Origin: Azolla caroliniana
Taxonomy: Eukaryota > Plantae > Polypodiophyta
DNA length: 64,000 nt
Assembly (NCBI GenBank): GCA_043228905.1
Contig: JBHGNT010000003.1
Coordinates: 17,670,001 to 17,734,000 of the forward strand
Direction: 5' to 3'
In this document: positions 26,521-39,102 of the stretch, in pieces
How positions within the stretch are numbered: position 1 is the stretch's first letter
Layout of the letters: each line of letters starts with the position of its first letter
Position numbers and translations under genes: made by a program
The notes under the pieces: model-generated
What the model was told of the DNA's origin: nothing
Database searches by the model: none
The model's input: only the letters and a program-made list of their open reading frames with translations

Positions 26521-27230
26521 GAGGTTAGACGCGGACGGATAAAAGATTGGATCATGCAACAAACTAAAGTAAAGTGAAGAGAACTAAAGTAAAGGCCATG
26601 TGGACGCAAGCAACTAAAGAAGGGAGTGCATGGAAAAAGTAAAGGTCATGTGGATAGTCACATGCAACCAAAAGAAAAAGCTAGGCAACTAAAAGTAGAG
26701 GCCATGCAACAAAAAGTGGAAAGGCTATGATCAAGGGAGAACTCCATATTTATTCCATTTTTTTTCCTACACTAGGACTCACTCTCCATATTATCTTAAT
26801 TTTTTTTCCTTTTCTTTGGGAGCTCTCTTATCTTATCGAAGCCAAGAACCCTAATCTTCCCTACGGAAGCTAGCTCTCAAGTAAACTATAATCTCCATAC
26901 GGAAGCAATCTCTCAAAATCCAAATTTCCTTGTCAAAGCCATATCACTCAAGAATCATAATCTCTTATTTCTTCTAATCTATTATTCTAATCATCTCCAT
27001 AAGATAAAACTTTTGTAATCCCAATCTTGGGATTGATTGTAATCTTTCTTTCCCTTTTATTAATGAAATTTGTTAATCTTTCTCATTTTGGTTAATTCTT
27101 AGTATATAAATACACGAATTTGATATCCTCTAGACAAAGGCCCCGGGGTCTTGCCTCAACATTCACGTATCCTCGTCGTATTTTCGCGACATTTTTGGTG
27201 AACCCGACGTGAATTATAATCGAATGCAAA

Positions 27231-29085
27231 GTGCGTGGATTGCAAGGAGAAGCAACATGCGTCACACCTAGCAGCGCATGCAAACTTAGACTACTCAACA
27301 AGAAGGAAAAGTGTCAGATACAAGACTTCGAGGAGGTGCTGAAAGAAGAAAGCATAATCGAAGAAGAAGAATTCGTGTCATATATTCTGGAGGAAGCCTC
27401 ATTTAACGACACCATCGGCGAAATCGAGGAAGTCGTGGATTTGAGCTATCCTCACCATCAACATGTGATTTCGGTTAACTCCATCAACATGTATACTATC
27501 ATCGATGAATATCATCGAGGCATCTTGATAGAGGAAGTCGAAGTCAACACAAAATATAAAACCGTGGATAGGAAGATCAAGCCAGTTGCAGTTCCGCTAC
27601 CGGAAGATAGCTGGCAAAAGATGAAGGAAGTTGCAAAAGATCCAAGCTTAAGGAACCCAAATACAATTGGTCACGTCTTCACTGAAGAGACGAAGGGAAA
27701 GCTACGAGTTGGAAGGGAGGATTTCCTCCTCCCTGAAGAGGAGCGGATGTTTCATGGAATGCTTGAAAGACATGGGAAGGCTTTCGCATTTTTTCCACAA
27801 GAAATCGGGTGTGCTAATCCAAGGACGGTAGAACCGATGGTGATCTTCACGGTGCCGCATGTGCCTTGGAATTTGAAACCGATACCGGTTCCGAGAGCAC
27901 ACCTACCGAAGCTGATCGAGCTCTTAAAGGAGAAGGTGATGATGGGAATTCTAGAACCGTCGAATCCTCCTTATTCTAATAGGTGGTTCACGGTGCCAAA
28001 GAAGAATGGATCGTTGCGATTCATTCAAGATCTTCAACCCGTCAACAAGGTGACAATTCGGAATGTTGGAATCGGTCTGAGTGTGGATGAGTTTGCCGAG
28101 GCGTTTGCGGGCCGGTCCATCTACTCCATCGACGATCTTTACTCTGGCTATGATCAATTCCAGTTGGCGGTCGACAGTCGTGACATTACAACCATGAGAA
28201 CTCCAATCGGGTTGGTGTGGATGTGTACCTTACCTCAAGGCGCAACGAACTCGGTGGCTCATATGGTGAATGCCATGAACAAGGTCTTGAAGGATTGCAT
28301 CCCGGATATCACGATGCCATTCTTAGATGATATTCCGATAAAAGGATGTTCGGATGAAGAGAAGGATGAATCAAAAGATAAGGATGGATGTAGAAGTTCG
28401 TCATGGATCATATGAAAGATTGCGAGAAGGTGCTCCAAAGGCTCGAAGATGCAAATTTGACATTTTTGGGAGAAAAATCCGCATTTGGGCAACCGGAGAT
28501 CCTGGTGGTAGGTCACTTGTGTGGAGCATACGGTCGGAAGCCTTCGCCATCCAAGGTGAATGCAATTCAAGACATGAAAGAAGAATGTGTAACCCAAACG
28601 AAGGTTCGAAGGTTCCTTGGAGCATGCGCGTTTTATCATATTTGGATTCCACACTACGCCCACATTGCTGAGCCATTATATGGTCTACTAAAGAAGAAGC
28701 GGATGTTCGAATGGACGAGCGAGCATACAATCGCCATCCGAAGGCTGAAGAAATTATTGATGGAGGCACCTGCATTATGGAAAGCGGACTATTGATACGG
28801 CAAACCCATTTTCATGACTGTGGATACTAGTCCAATCGGAATTGGATGGGTTATCAACCAAGAAGATGAAGATTGCAACTGATATGCAATTCGGTTTGGC
28901 GCAAAAGTGTTAAGTGACAGGCAAAGTAGGTATGCCCAAGTGAAGAGGGAGCTATGGGGGATCGTCTCGGCAATCAAATCTGATCGTGATTACCTTATTG
29001 GAGCAGAAGTCATAATTGAGACAGATTGCCTACCAATTTTGGGTATGATATCTGGTTGTAATACACCAGATATTGCCATGTTGCA
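27231..29085 (+). pseudogene. gypsy reverse transcriptase and RNase H (frameshifted; gag, protease and integrase missing)
   Basis: YSNRWFTVPKKNG, DDLYSGYDQ, LPQGATNS, FLDD, VRRFLGAC, TVDTS, YAQVKRELWG, IETDCLP. Confidence 0.92.
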
Positions 29086-30373
29086 AACCGGCCGGTAAGC
29101 AAAACCGGAACCGGCCGGCAAGCAAACCGGAATCGGAATGGGTATGCAAACCGAAAACCGGCCGGCAAGCAAAACCGGAACCGAAACCGGCAAGCAAACC
29201 GGAACTGGCCGGCAAGCAAAACCGGAAACCGGCCGGCAAGCAAAATCGGAACCGGAACTGGCCGGCAAGCAAAATGGAATCGGCTACCGGACGACGTTGG
29301 ACGTGGACGGACGAAAGATTGGATCATGGAACAAACTAAAGTAAAGTGAAGAGAACTAAAGTAAAGGCCATGTGGACGCAAGCAACTAAAGAAGGGAGTG
29401 CATGGAAAAAGTAAAGGTCATGTGGACAGTCACATGCAACCAAAAGAAAAAGCTAGGCAACTAAAAGTAGAGGCCAGGCAACAAAAAGTGGAAAGGCTAT
29501 GATCAAGGGAGAACTCCATATTTATTCCATTTTTTTTCCTACACTAGGACTCACTCTCCATATTATCTTAATTTTTTTTCCTTTTCTTTGGGAGCTCTCT
29601 TATCTTATCGAAGCCAAGAACCCTAATCTTCCCTACGGAAGCTATCTCTCAAGTAAACCATAATTTCCATACGGAAGCAATCTCTCAAAATCCAAATTTC
29701 CTTGTCAAAGCCATATCACTCAAGAATCATAATCTCTTATTTCTTCTAATCTATTATTCTAATCATCTCCATAAGATAAAACTTTTGTAATCCCAATCTT
29801 GGGATTGATTGTAATCTTTCTTTCCCTTTTATTAATGAAATTTGTTAATCTTTCTCATTTTGGTTAATTCTTAGTATATAAATACACGAATTTGATATCC
29901 TCTAGACAAAGGCCCCGGGGTCTTGCCTCAACGTTCACGTATTCTCGTCGTATTTTCGCGACAGTGGTGCGTAAACCGCGAGGCCATTGGAAAGATATTC
30001 CGCGTAGGAATATATTTTGGGCGTTAGTGTAGAGCTCATTTATGAGCATTGAAGTACGCGTCAGTACTTCTGCCAGTTCGTATGGACTTGTATAAAAGTG
30101 CTCACTGAGCACATTCTATGTATAGAGTCCAGACTGAGTATTATTTTTGAATAGAGTTGTGTGTATTGACTCTTTGTCTCTCCCGCATGTTGTGTGTGTG
30201 TCCAAGCTCTCCATTAAACCTGTGTTTTCCTACGTTCTGCTTTCTGTTGCTTCCACACGTTGTTCTTTTCACATGGTATCAAAGCGCGAGGGTTGAGAAC
30301 CTCTGCAGCTGACCTTAGCTCGAGAAGAAAACCTAACCTTTGTAAAGAACAAGGAAAACAAATTGGATAGAGG

Positions 30374-33300
30374 CATGGCTAGCTCGCTTTGGACTGAGAA
30401 GCTCGACAAAAAAACTACGCGTCTTGGTCGTACAAGATGCACCAATACATACTCGGGCATGGATATTGGAGCTATGTCGACAGAGCAAATGACACAGCAC
30501 CCAATTCGACACACAAAGACTTCCCGGCTTGGGAACAGTCGGCCAACAGAGTTCTCTACTGCTTCGCGTCTTGTGTGGGCGAACAACTTCTGAGCTATAT
30601 TCGGGATGTGAAAATGCCAAAGGATGCTTGGGGAAATTTGAAAAAGATTTTTGCTGCAAGCACCATAGCTAGGAAGCTCCAACTCCGACAAGAGTTGAGC
30701 AACTTGCGACAACACGATTTGTCGGTGGCTGATTACACCTCGAAGATCAAAGATATATGCGACTCCCTAGCCTCCATCGATGTGAATGTCGAGGAGGGCG
30801 AGATGGTGCAGATTTGTCTCGGGGAATTGGCGTTGAAGTTCGGAGCGTTCCAAACTGCTGTGTGCACACGGGAGAATATGCCGTTTTTTTTTGACCTACA
30901 GTCGATGCTCCTTATAGACGAGAACCACGCGGGTGCGTCGACGAGTACGCACACCGATAGCAAGATGTTGTACACGGAGGGAGATAGGCCCCATGGTCAT
31001 GGAGGACGAGGCGAGTCGGTGCGCAGTGGGGGCGGCCGATGGGATCAAGGAAGAAGGCACCGAAGTGATGCCGACAACAATTCCGGACCCTCCGGAAACA
31101 GGGGGAGTCGAGGCGACGAGAACTGGCAAGGGAAACCCGTCGCGGAATGCTGGTACTGTGGCAAGAAAGGCCACAAGGAGAGCGAGTGCTAGAAGAAGCG
31201 TGCCGATTCGGAGAAAACCGGATCCGGATCCAAACAAACCGACAAAGGAAATTGGCAGCGATCGCACTATGCTGAAGGATCTGAAAAAGTCGGAAAGGGG
31301 TAACCTTCGTGACAAGACATGGGGCGAACTCGATGAAGAAGACCACCCCGAAATGGGACGAGGTGTGGTACGTTGACTCTTGTCCGTTAAACCACATGAC
31401 GAGCCATAAGGAGTAGTTCTCATACCTTGAGAAACCGATGCAACCGGGAGTAGTCGCAACAGGAGACGACACTCCGCATCCAATCGTGAATGTTAGTGAA
31501 GTTCCCCTGAGCCATGTCGGGCAAAAAGGGAAACTCATGAACGTGTTACTCGTTCGAACAATCACGAAGACTCTAGTGTCGGTCGGGCAGATCGTCGACC
31601 AGGGGATGCAAGTCCAGTTCACACATCTCGGGTGCTTCATCGAGGAGGATGGCCATTTTATTGTGCAAGGGCATACAGACGAGAGGATGTTTATCCTTGA
31701 TACCAATGACGTTGGCACCGCAATGTTCGCAAAAGGAGAAAAAGTCGAGTCGGATATTGACTTGTGGCACAAGAGGATAGGCCACGTCAACTATCAAAGG
31801 CTTCAGGACTTGCAATCGAAACAAGTTGTGTTTGGATTGCCCAAATTTAGTGGCCGGAAGGCCCAAATTTGTGAAGCTTGCCAACTAGGGAAGGAAAACC
31901 GACTTCCCTTCCCCAACAAGCGTAACTGGAGCCGAAACAAGCTCGACTTGATACATTCGGATGTATGGGGGTGGCACAGAACGTTAGTCTTCGCGGGAGT
32001 CGATATTTTGTCTCCTTAATCGATGACTACACACAACACACGTGGATCTATCTCATTGAAAAGAAGAGTGAAGTCTTCGACTGTTTCCAGGACCTCAAAA
32101 GCTTCGTAGAAAGGTAAACAAGGAGTAAGATCAAGTGCCTATGGTCGGATGGTGGAAAAGAGTACTTTTCCGGCCAATTCAACAGTTATCTGCAACAAAT
32201 GGGAATTCGGCACAAATTCAGTTGCAGGTATACGCCGGAGCAAAACAACGTAGCCAAAAGGAAAAATCGGTTGGTTGTGGAAGCGGCGCGGGCAATGCTG
32301 GAAGAAAGGAGCTTGCCCAAGTTCTATTGGGCCGAAGCGGTACGAACCGCGGTCTACATCCAGAATCGGATCGGAGACAAAGTGTTGGCACATGAGCTGT
32401 ATTTCGGAAGAAAGCCGAATCTACAACACTTGAGAGTCTTCGGTAGCATTGCGTATGTGCATGTGCTGAAGGAGAAACGGAGGAAGTTGGGCGCGAAAGC
32501 CGTAAGTGTATCTTTGTCGGCTATTCGGACGAACAGAAGGGTTATAAGTGTTATAACCCCCAAACCAAACAAGCTCACATGAGCCGCGATGTTGTGTTTG
32601 ATGAGTCCATGTCCTAGTACTTACCTCCGACTCCAGACCTCAACTCCAACTCTGGATCTTCGGATCCGAGTTCTGATGATGAGGTCAGCGAGGCTGAAAT
32701 GCCTCCGGATGACCGCGAAATCAAGACCCTCGATGACAGTCTGATTTCATTTCGGTTAAGTGGACCGAACGAGCGTGTGGGTTGGTTTGAATAGTCAGAA
32801 GAAGAGTCGGTGAGTAGTGGAGACTCAGCCGTGCATTCTTCGCGTAGGAAGCCAAGGAGATGGTTTAAGCCAAGGAAAAAGGGAAGAAGAAGATGCCGAA
32901 GTATGACACGGACAAGGACGAGTTGGATCGACGCGAATCCGACTCTAAGAAGAGTGATGACGGGCCTTCGAGAGCAAAGTCCACGTCGGCCAAGAAAGCC
33001 TCAACATCGGCTAATGAGCAATTACGCCGATCTATCAGCCAGAAGAACCCTGTTGTGTGGTTTGGATACAATGAGTACATGGCACATCACTATTCGTACA
33101 TGACGTGTGTAGCGGAAGTGCGTGAACCGGAGAGCTACGCAGAAGCGGCGAAGGATGCAAATTGGCGTGCCGCAATGGAGGAAGAGATGCGCGCATTGGC
33201 ATGGAACCTGGGACCTGGTCGATGCACCGAAGGGAGTGAAGCCGATTGGATGTAGGTGGGTGTACAAGGTCAAGTACAACACTGATGGCTCGGTCAACCG

Positions 33301-34512
33301 ATACAAGGCTCGGTTAGTAGCGAAAGGCTACGCGCAGAAGCACGGCGTGGACTACGACGAGACCTTCGCGCTTGTCGCAAAGATGACTACCGTGCGTGTT
33401 CTACTAGTCGTAGCAGCGGCGAAGGGGTGGCACTTACATAAGATGGATGTCAAGAATGCGTTCCTGCAAGGCGAGCTTGAGGAACAAGTGTACATGGTAT
33501 AACCCCTCGGATTTCACTCTGGAATGAACACTTCAGCGGTCTGCTAGGTGAAGAAGTTCCTTTATGGACTAAAGCAAGCCCCGTGTGCTTGGAACGCGAA
33601 AATCACGCAGCGATTGCGTCGGATGGGATTTGCGACGTCCAAATCAGATTCTTCACTGTTCATTCGGAAAGGTCAACTTCAGCTGGTTAGTATTTTACTT
33701 TATGTTGATGACTGGGTCATCACCGACACTAACCTAGGTGAAATCCACCGCGTAAAGCTGCAACTCGCGGTATCATTTGACATGAAGGATGACATGAAGG
33801 ACCTAGGGGACGTTCATTACTTCCTCGGGATCGGAGTGATCCGTACCCTCGAAGGCGTATTGATCAACCAACGTCATTATGGGCTGAATATGCTCTTCAA
33901 GTTCGGGATGGCAGATTGTAAGCCCAACTCGACGCCTTTGGATAGGAACGTGAAGCTTCACCTAGATTTGGGAAAAACGTGCGACCCGACACGGTTCCGA
34001 CAGATTGTCGGAAGCCTCATCTATTTGACTATTACATGGCTGAACCTCAATTACCTGGTCGGACTGATTAGTCAATTTATGTGGCGGCCTACGGCCGAAC
34101 ACTTTTAGTGCGCGCAAAGGATATTGCGATATGTCAGCGGCACGAAAGACATGGCGTTGCTATATCGAGTAGGCGTAGCCGAACAGTTAGTTGGCTACAC
34201 GGATGCCGATTAGGCCAGAAACGCTCACGATCGTAGATCCACATCCGGATACGCATTCTCTCTAGGAAGTTTGGCGATTGCGTGGAGCAGTAAGAAGCAG
34301 CCGACAATAGCACTGTCGAGCACCGAGGCCGAGTATCGAGGGGCGACTGTCGCTATGTGCGAAGTCATTTGGCTAAAACGGCTATTACGGGATCTACATG
34401 TAGAGGTGTCTGATATGACGATGATCCTTTGTGACAACCTCAACAGTATCCACCTTGCGAAAACCCCCGTGTTCCACGCCCGGATCAAGCACATTGAGGT
34501 GCATTACCACTT
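30374..34512 (+). pseudogene. copia gag-pol pseudogene
   Basis: ORFs 30437-31192 (gag, CWYCGKKGHKESEC), 31438, 32199, 33122, 33548 (LYVDD) and 34271. Confidence 0.92.
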
Positions 34513-34816
34513 TCTGTTTTCTGTTGCTTCCGCACGTTGTTCTTTTCACAGTTTGATTTATGAATGGTGCATTCTTTCTCATGTATACAAGGATCCCTAC
34601 AGTTTTCTAGATTAGATGAGAGTGTGGTTGGTGCTACTTTGTTTTGGTTGGATAGATTTTATGAAGGTATGTTTTTTTGGGATGCAGGCAGATCCCTTGC
34701 ATTATTCGGGGATCAACGATATTTGACCATGACCCTCTGAAGTTAATGTTGATGGGTGGGGGGGTGATGTCAAGAACAACTCCGCCCCCCTCCCAAGGGG
34801 GTTTCATGTGAGAGAG

Positions 34817-37716
34817 AGATAGATAGATTATATTATTGTCTTCGGAGGTCAAATATGACCTATGAGACAAAAAATATTACATTTCACGTGATACGTGTGA
34901 AGGTGAGTTGTGACTCTCGATGTTCAAGAACTTTACCAATGAATGTTGCAATCGAGAGTGCACATCGTGGTTGTGAGAGAAATTCGTGCAAGGATTGGGC
35001 TCGATCGAAGAGATGTGGAAAGCATGGTCGAATATGTTCAAAGGCAGAGCATTGTATCAAAGTGTGATACTCAGACTCTCAAACTTGTTTAGGGCAAAGT
35101 GTGCATAGTCGGCCACTCTCATCACTTGTGCCCCAACGCTCCGTCTCACATTTCAATGTGTGCAAGCTAAGTCGCATGGAAGCAATGGTTCGAATGGTAG
35201 ATATCGGAATGGGCTCTAACATGTATCCATGTGTACGGCTTCCCCGTTCCATGAAGAATATGGTTTTGTAGTTAGGTGCAACATTTGTAGTAGAATGTGT
35301 GAAGCGTGAGCCACCACATTTGTTCCATGTCATGATACATTGGTGTTGCAAAAAGGCCTCATTTATAGAGGAATCTAGTGACGCATCATGAAGCAAGTGT
35401 CTTGTATCTCATCTACCAAACCATTTTTCTAAATCTTGCATCCAACCGGAACACAAAATTTTGCTTTTATGCGTCTTTTGGATCTTTTTGCTTGCTTCCC
35501 ATGCAATTCTAGGAAGTCGATGTGAGGGGCTTTTTGAACCTTAAGCACGTATTCAACAACCCTTTCCATGGCCATGATCTCAATGGGAAGTGATCCTGTC
35601 TCAAGGAGGAGGAGGGTGTAGGGCGTTTGTTTCTTAACTTGTAGAAACTTTCTAAGAAAACGTTTTTGGACGTAGATTTAGGGATGCTACCGCCCCATAC
35701 TTCTACCCCATAGAGAAGAACCGGGGTCACCAAAGTGTCAAAAAGATATTTCTTGAGGACCCAACACTTAATATCTCCAAGATTGCATGTGTTCTCAAAT
35801 GCATAATATGCTCGCTTACCCGCCTCTAAGCGGCGTGTAGCACATTCATTCCATTTATGATTTGAAGGAACTTCAAGGCCAAGATATTTGAAGCTTTCCG
35901 CACATTCAAGTGGCTCATTGTTGTACATAATGCATGGTTTATCTCTTTTTTGACTCTTCACAAACATAATCTTTGTTTTAGAGTTATTGACACTTAATCT
36001 AGTATGCATGCAATTTTTTTCCAATGCCTTCATAAGCTTTTGTGCATCTCCTAAAGTATTTGCAAAAAGCACTACATCATCCGCATATAAAAAAAGCATA
36101 ATCACAACATTCCCAATGGCAACTTCTTCAACACATTCTTCCTTTACAAACTTGGTAACCATTTCTTCTAGTTCATCAATGCATAGACCAAATAATGTTG
36201 GTGAGAGTGGGCATCCTTGCTTAACACCAATAGTGCTATTGAAAAAATCTGAAAGTCTATCTCTCATACGCACACAACAGATAACCTTCTCATATATTCG
36301 GGAAATTGCAAGCATATATTCACTTGGCACCTCAAGTTCTTCCATTCGCCTCCAAAGATGCTCACGAGGTACCATATCAAAAGCTTTCTTGAAGTCTACA
36401 AAGCAACAATATAAACCTTTACCTCTAAGGCGACTTTCCTCCATTAATACTCGAAGAGTGACAAGATGATCAATGGTGCTATGGTGTTTTCGAAAACAAG
36501 TTTGTCCATAAGCTCCCTTACCATTTTTTTCTGCCCCATACACTTATCTTTGATTCCATTATACATCCAAATAGTTTTGCCATTAATGAGCCAACCATGG
36601 TGGTTCGATAGTTGTTTACATTATTTACATTCCGCCTTTATGTAAAGGTTTGATCCAATTTGTAGTCCAATCATATGGCATACCATGTTGCAATGCATCA
36701 TTAAACATATCGCATATCCATATATGTGCTTCCTTTCCCATCCATTTGAGCATTTCAGCTTTTATACATTGAAGATTGCTTGCCTTTCGAGAGGAAATTA
36801 TCCATATATGTGCTTCCTTTCCCGTCCGTTTGAGCATTTCAGTTTTTATACATTGAAGATCGCTTGCCTTTCGAGAGACCAATTTCTTAAGTCCTATGCA
36901 TATATCTTCAATTTTAAAGAAGGGAGACATATGTGAAAGAGAACCATAACACATCATCTTTCCTGCAAGAGATAACTCATATAAATTCTTACAATGCGTA
37001 GACAAGTCATGAAGAGTTAAGTCACCATAACTCTCAACACGTTTCCCGTTTAGATTTCCCCAAAATTTAGCACATGCATGTGCTTTCTCTTGCGTTTGGA
37101 TAACTTCCCATATTCTTCTCTTTCTTTGAATAAGCCTTTTATACTCATGCAAATGCTTTTGGTAATTCTCTTTATCCTTAACTACATCCAAAACCATAAG
37201 GCACTTTCGAGCTTCACGACATTCTTTATCAAACCATTTTTTCCTAAGTTTCTTGGTGCATTTCCAAGATGTGCGGTTGGTCAAAAAACATTTGTTTGTA
37301 CATGAGAGAATGACTTCTTGAAAGCTTCCCATTTGCATTCTAGTGTGGCACCATGTTGTATCTTTGTCATTTGTAACATATCCTCAACCATCTTGGAATA
37401 CATGGGTGCTCGCTTAAGGTTCATGCTCAAGGGCGGTTGTTTATTATCTTCAATAGTCTTCTCACAATCAAACCTATGCATACATTTGAGATCAATACAT
37501 AAAGGCCTATGATTGGATTTTGATGTCCATTTACCAAGTGAGAATTTATGTATACGATCCAAAATACCTTCGGAAAGTAGCACATAGTCAATCACACTAT
37601 TTCCATTGTGTTTTCTACATGTAAAGCCATTAGTATTGGGCCATAAGGAAACACCATTTGCAATAAGCAATACGGTACTATTGCACATTTGTAGGAGTAG
37701 TTTCCCAAATTGGTCC
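34817..37716 (-). mobile_element. RTE-clade LINE, 5'-truncated, disrupted
   Basis: APE fragment (SVIDYVLLS, SNHRPL). RT 35509-36543 (FVDFKKAFD, GVKQGCPLSPTLF, YADD, FKYLG, PVLLYGVEVWG). The 3' end is short (ATCT)n repeats rather than polyA. Confidence 0.88.
35509..36543 (-). pseudogene. non-LTR reverse transcriptase fragment (344 aa)
   Basis: Canonical non-LTR RT motifs, flanked by frameshifted fragments. Confidence 0.9.
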
Positions 37717-38309
37717 AGAGAGAGAGAGAGAGAGAGAGAATGAGACACAGAAATGAGAGGGAAAAGTTCTATATTTCATTACATGCCCCATAGGGGGTTT
37801 ATATCTAGTACATAATGTAACAATTACATAATATGACCGTTACAAAAAAGACAATTACATTCTTGTACACATGCACATAATTGTGCATGTATTCAAACAC
37901 ATATTTATCCTCACTCACACTCATATACATTACACATATACCACAACCCCTTTATCGCGTTTGATCCTTACACTGCCCAGTACACTACATTGCATGGTGA
38001 ACCCACTTGCAATGATGTTGGTCTGTTAGGCCAGAGTATGAAAGGGGAGCCAGTTTTGGGAGTTGTAATTAGATAAATTATGATAATTATAAAGAGCGAA
38101 CGGACGGACTTGGAATCAGTATCCCGATCCGGATCTAAACCGGTTCGTAGCCGGTTGCCGGTTGGCACCGGTTTGTAGCCCAATTGGATACCTATAAAAG
38201 GATCCGGAGAAGATGTAAGTAACAACGGATAATTAATAGAGAAGTGTTGTGTCTTTACATATTGTTTATCTTGTTAATACCATTCTGTGCTAATGTGATT
38301 ATCATACGT

Positions 38310-39102
38310 TGTCGTGAAGATTCTGGGCCATAGTGAGAATCCGGGGAATATCAGAAGAATCAGCGGAGTGCACCATGTGCACTTACCCTTGTAAATTCGT
38401 GTGAATAATAGGAGTTAAGTCGGGACAGAGAATCCCATGTAAGTCGGGATTTATCCCACATTGTTATGCATCCCTCTCCTTGTTCTATAAAAGGAGGGGA
38501 GCGCCCTTTGTGAAGGGGTGGCCCATTTTGAGTTAGGAGGGTATACCACTTAGGTCGAAGGTGTGATAGTTCTTCTTCTTCTTACTTTAGAGTTCTTAGA
38601 GGTTCTTCTTCGTGTCTATTTAGGGTTTTAGCCCGGTGAAGAGCTTGGATGTTCTGTGGGGGCTTACTTCTGCTCGGCCTCCTGTGCAAGATCCCGCTTG
38701 GCGCGATGAGCCCGAGAGCTCCCCGACGGCGGCTTGGCGGCAGACTACTGTTGTGACCTAGCCTACCTCAGTCCGGTTCGGAGTCGGAGTTATATCTTTC
38801 TCTTGTACATACATATATACATATATAGTGAAGTTCTGTGCATCAGTGTTTTTCTCGGTGTCTTTGGAGTTCCTTCTTTCTGGTTTCTGTACATAGGATG
38901 TGTGTGCCTTGTAAGTGTTGCGTGCACGCCCTTTTCCCTCTCCCATACGGTTGCTCCTTGTACGTATCCGAAAACGCTCTGGTTGGTGTCTTGGACGGTC
39001 GCGGGAAGAACTGAGGCTCGACCTTCCATACTCCGTCTCTCTCTCGTCCGAGACCCCCGTGGTCCCGCCCCCTTCTACACTCACGCGTGTAACAACGCGA
39101 CA
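38310..39102. mobile_element. solo LTR (TGTCGTG..CGCGACA) nested in another LTR, 4-bp TSD
   Basis: Flanks are ACGT/ACGC. Removing it restores TATCATACGCGTGTAT, matching the uninterrupted relative at ~23805 (TATCCTACGCGTGTAT). Confidence 0.85.

Larger units (their letters stand above)
25856..29963 (+). mobile_element. Ty3/gypsy (non-chromovirus-like) element with tRNA-Trp PBS, internally deleted
   Basis: 5' LTR 25856-27191 (TGTCGTG..CGCGACA). PBS TGGTGAACCCGACGTGAA at 27196. RT-RNase H follows. The 3' LTR (~29085-29963) is 5'-truncated. Flanks are GCGG/GTGG. Confidence 0.9.
25786..34550 (+). mobile_element. Ty1/copia element inserted in the L1 endonuclease; 5' LTR split by a gypsy element; 3' LTR almost deleted
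   Basis: TSD GCTTG/GTTTG. 5' LTR 25786-25855 plus 29964-30272, then PBS TGGTATCAAAGC. Gag-PR-IN-RT-RH fragments span 30374-34512. Only the last ~37 bp of the 3' LTR remain (34514-34550). Confidence 0.9.
34683..37972 (-). mobile_element. solo LTR related to the 48005/51021 LTRs, split by an RTE LINE in its (GA)n tract
   Basis: CCCCCTCCCAAGGGGGTT, the (GA)n tract and CCCCATA(A/G)GGGGGTT are shared with 48005-48514. It ends ..CCTTACA at 37972; the left boundary is approximate. Confidence 0.6.

Noticed and set aside
26023-26609. Overlapping 130-157-aa ORFs (also 28990-29381)
   Set aside because: Artefacts of CCGG-rich tandem repeats in the LTR.
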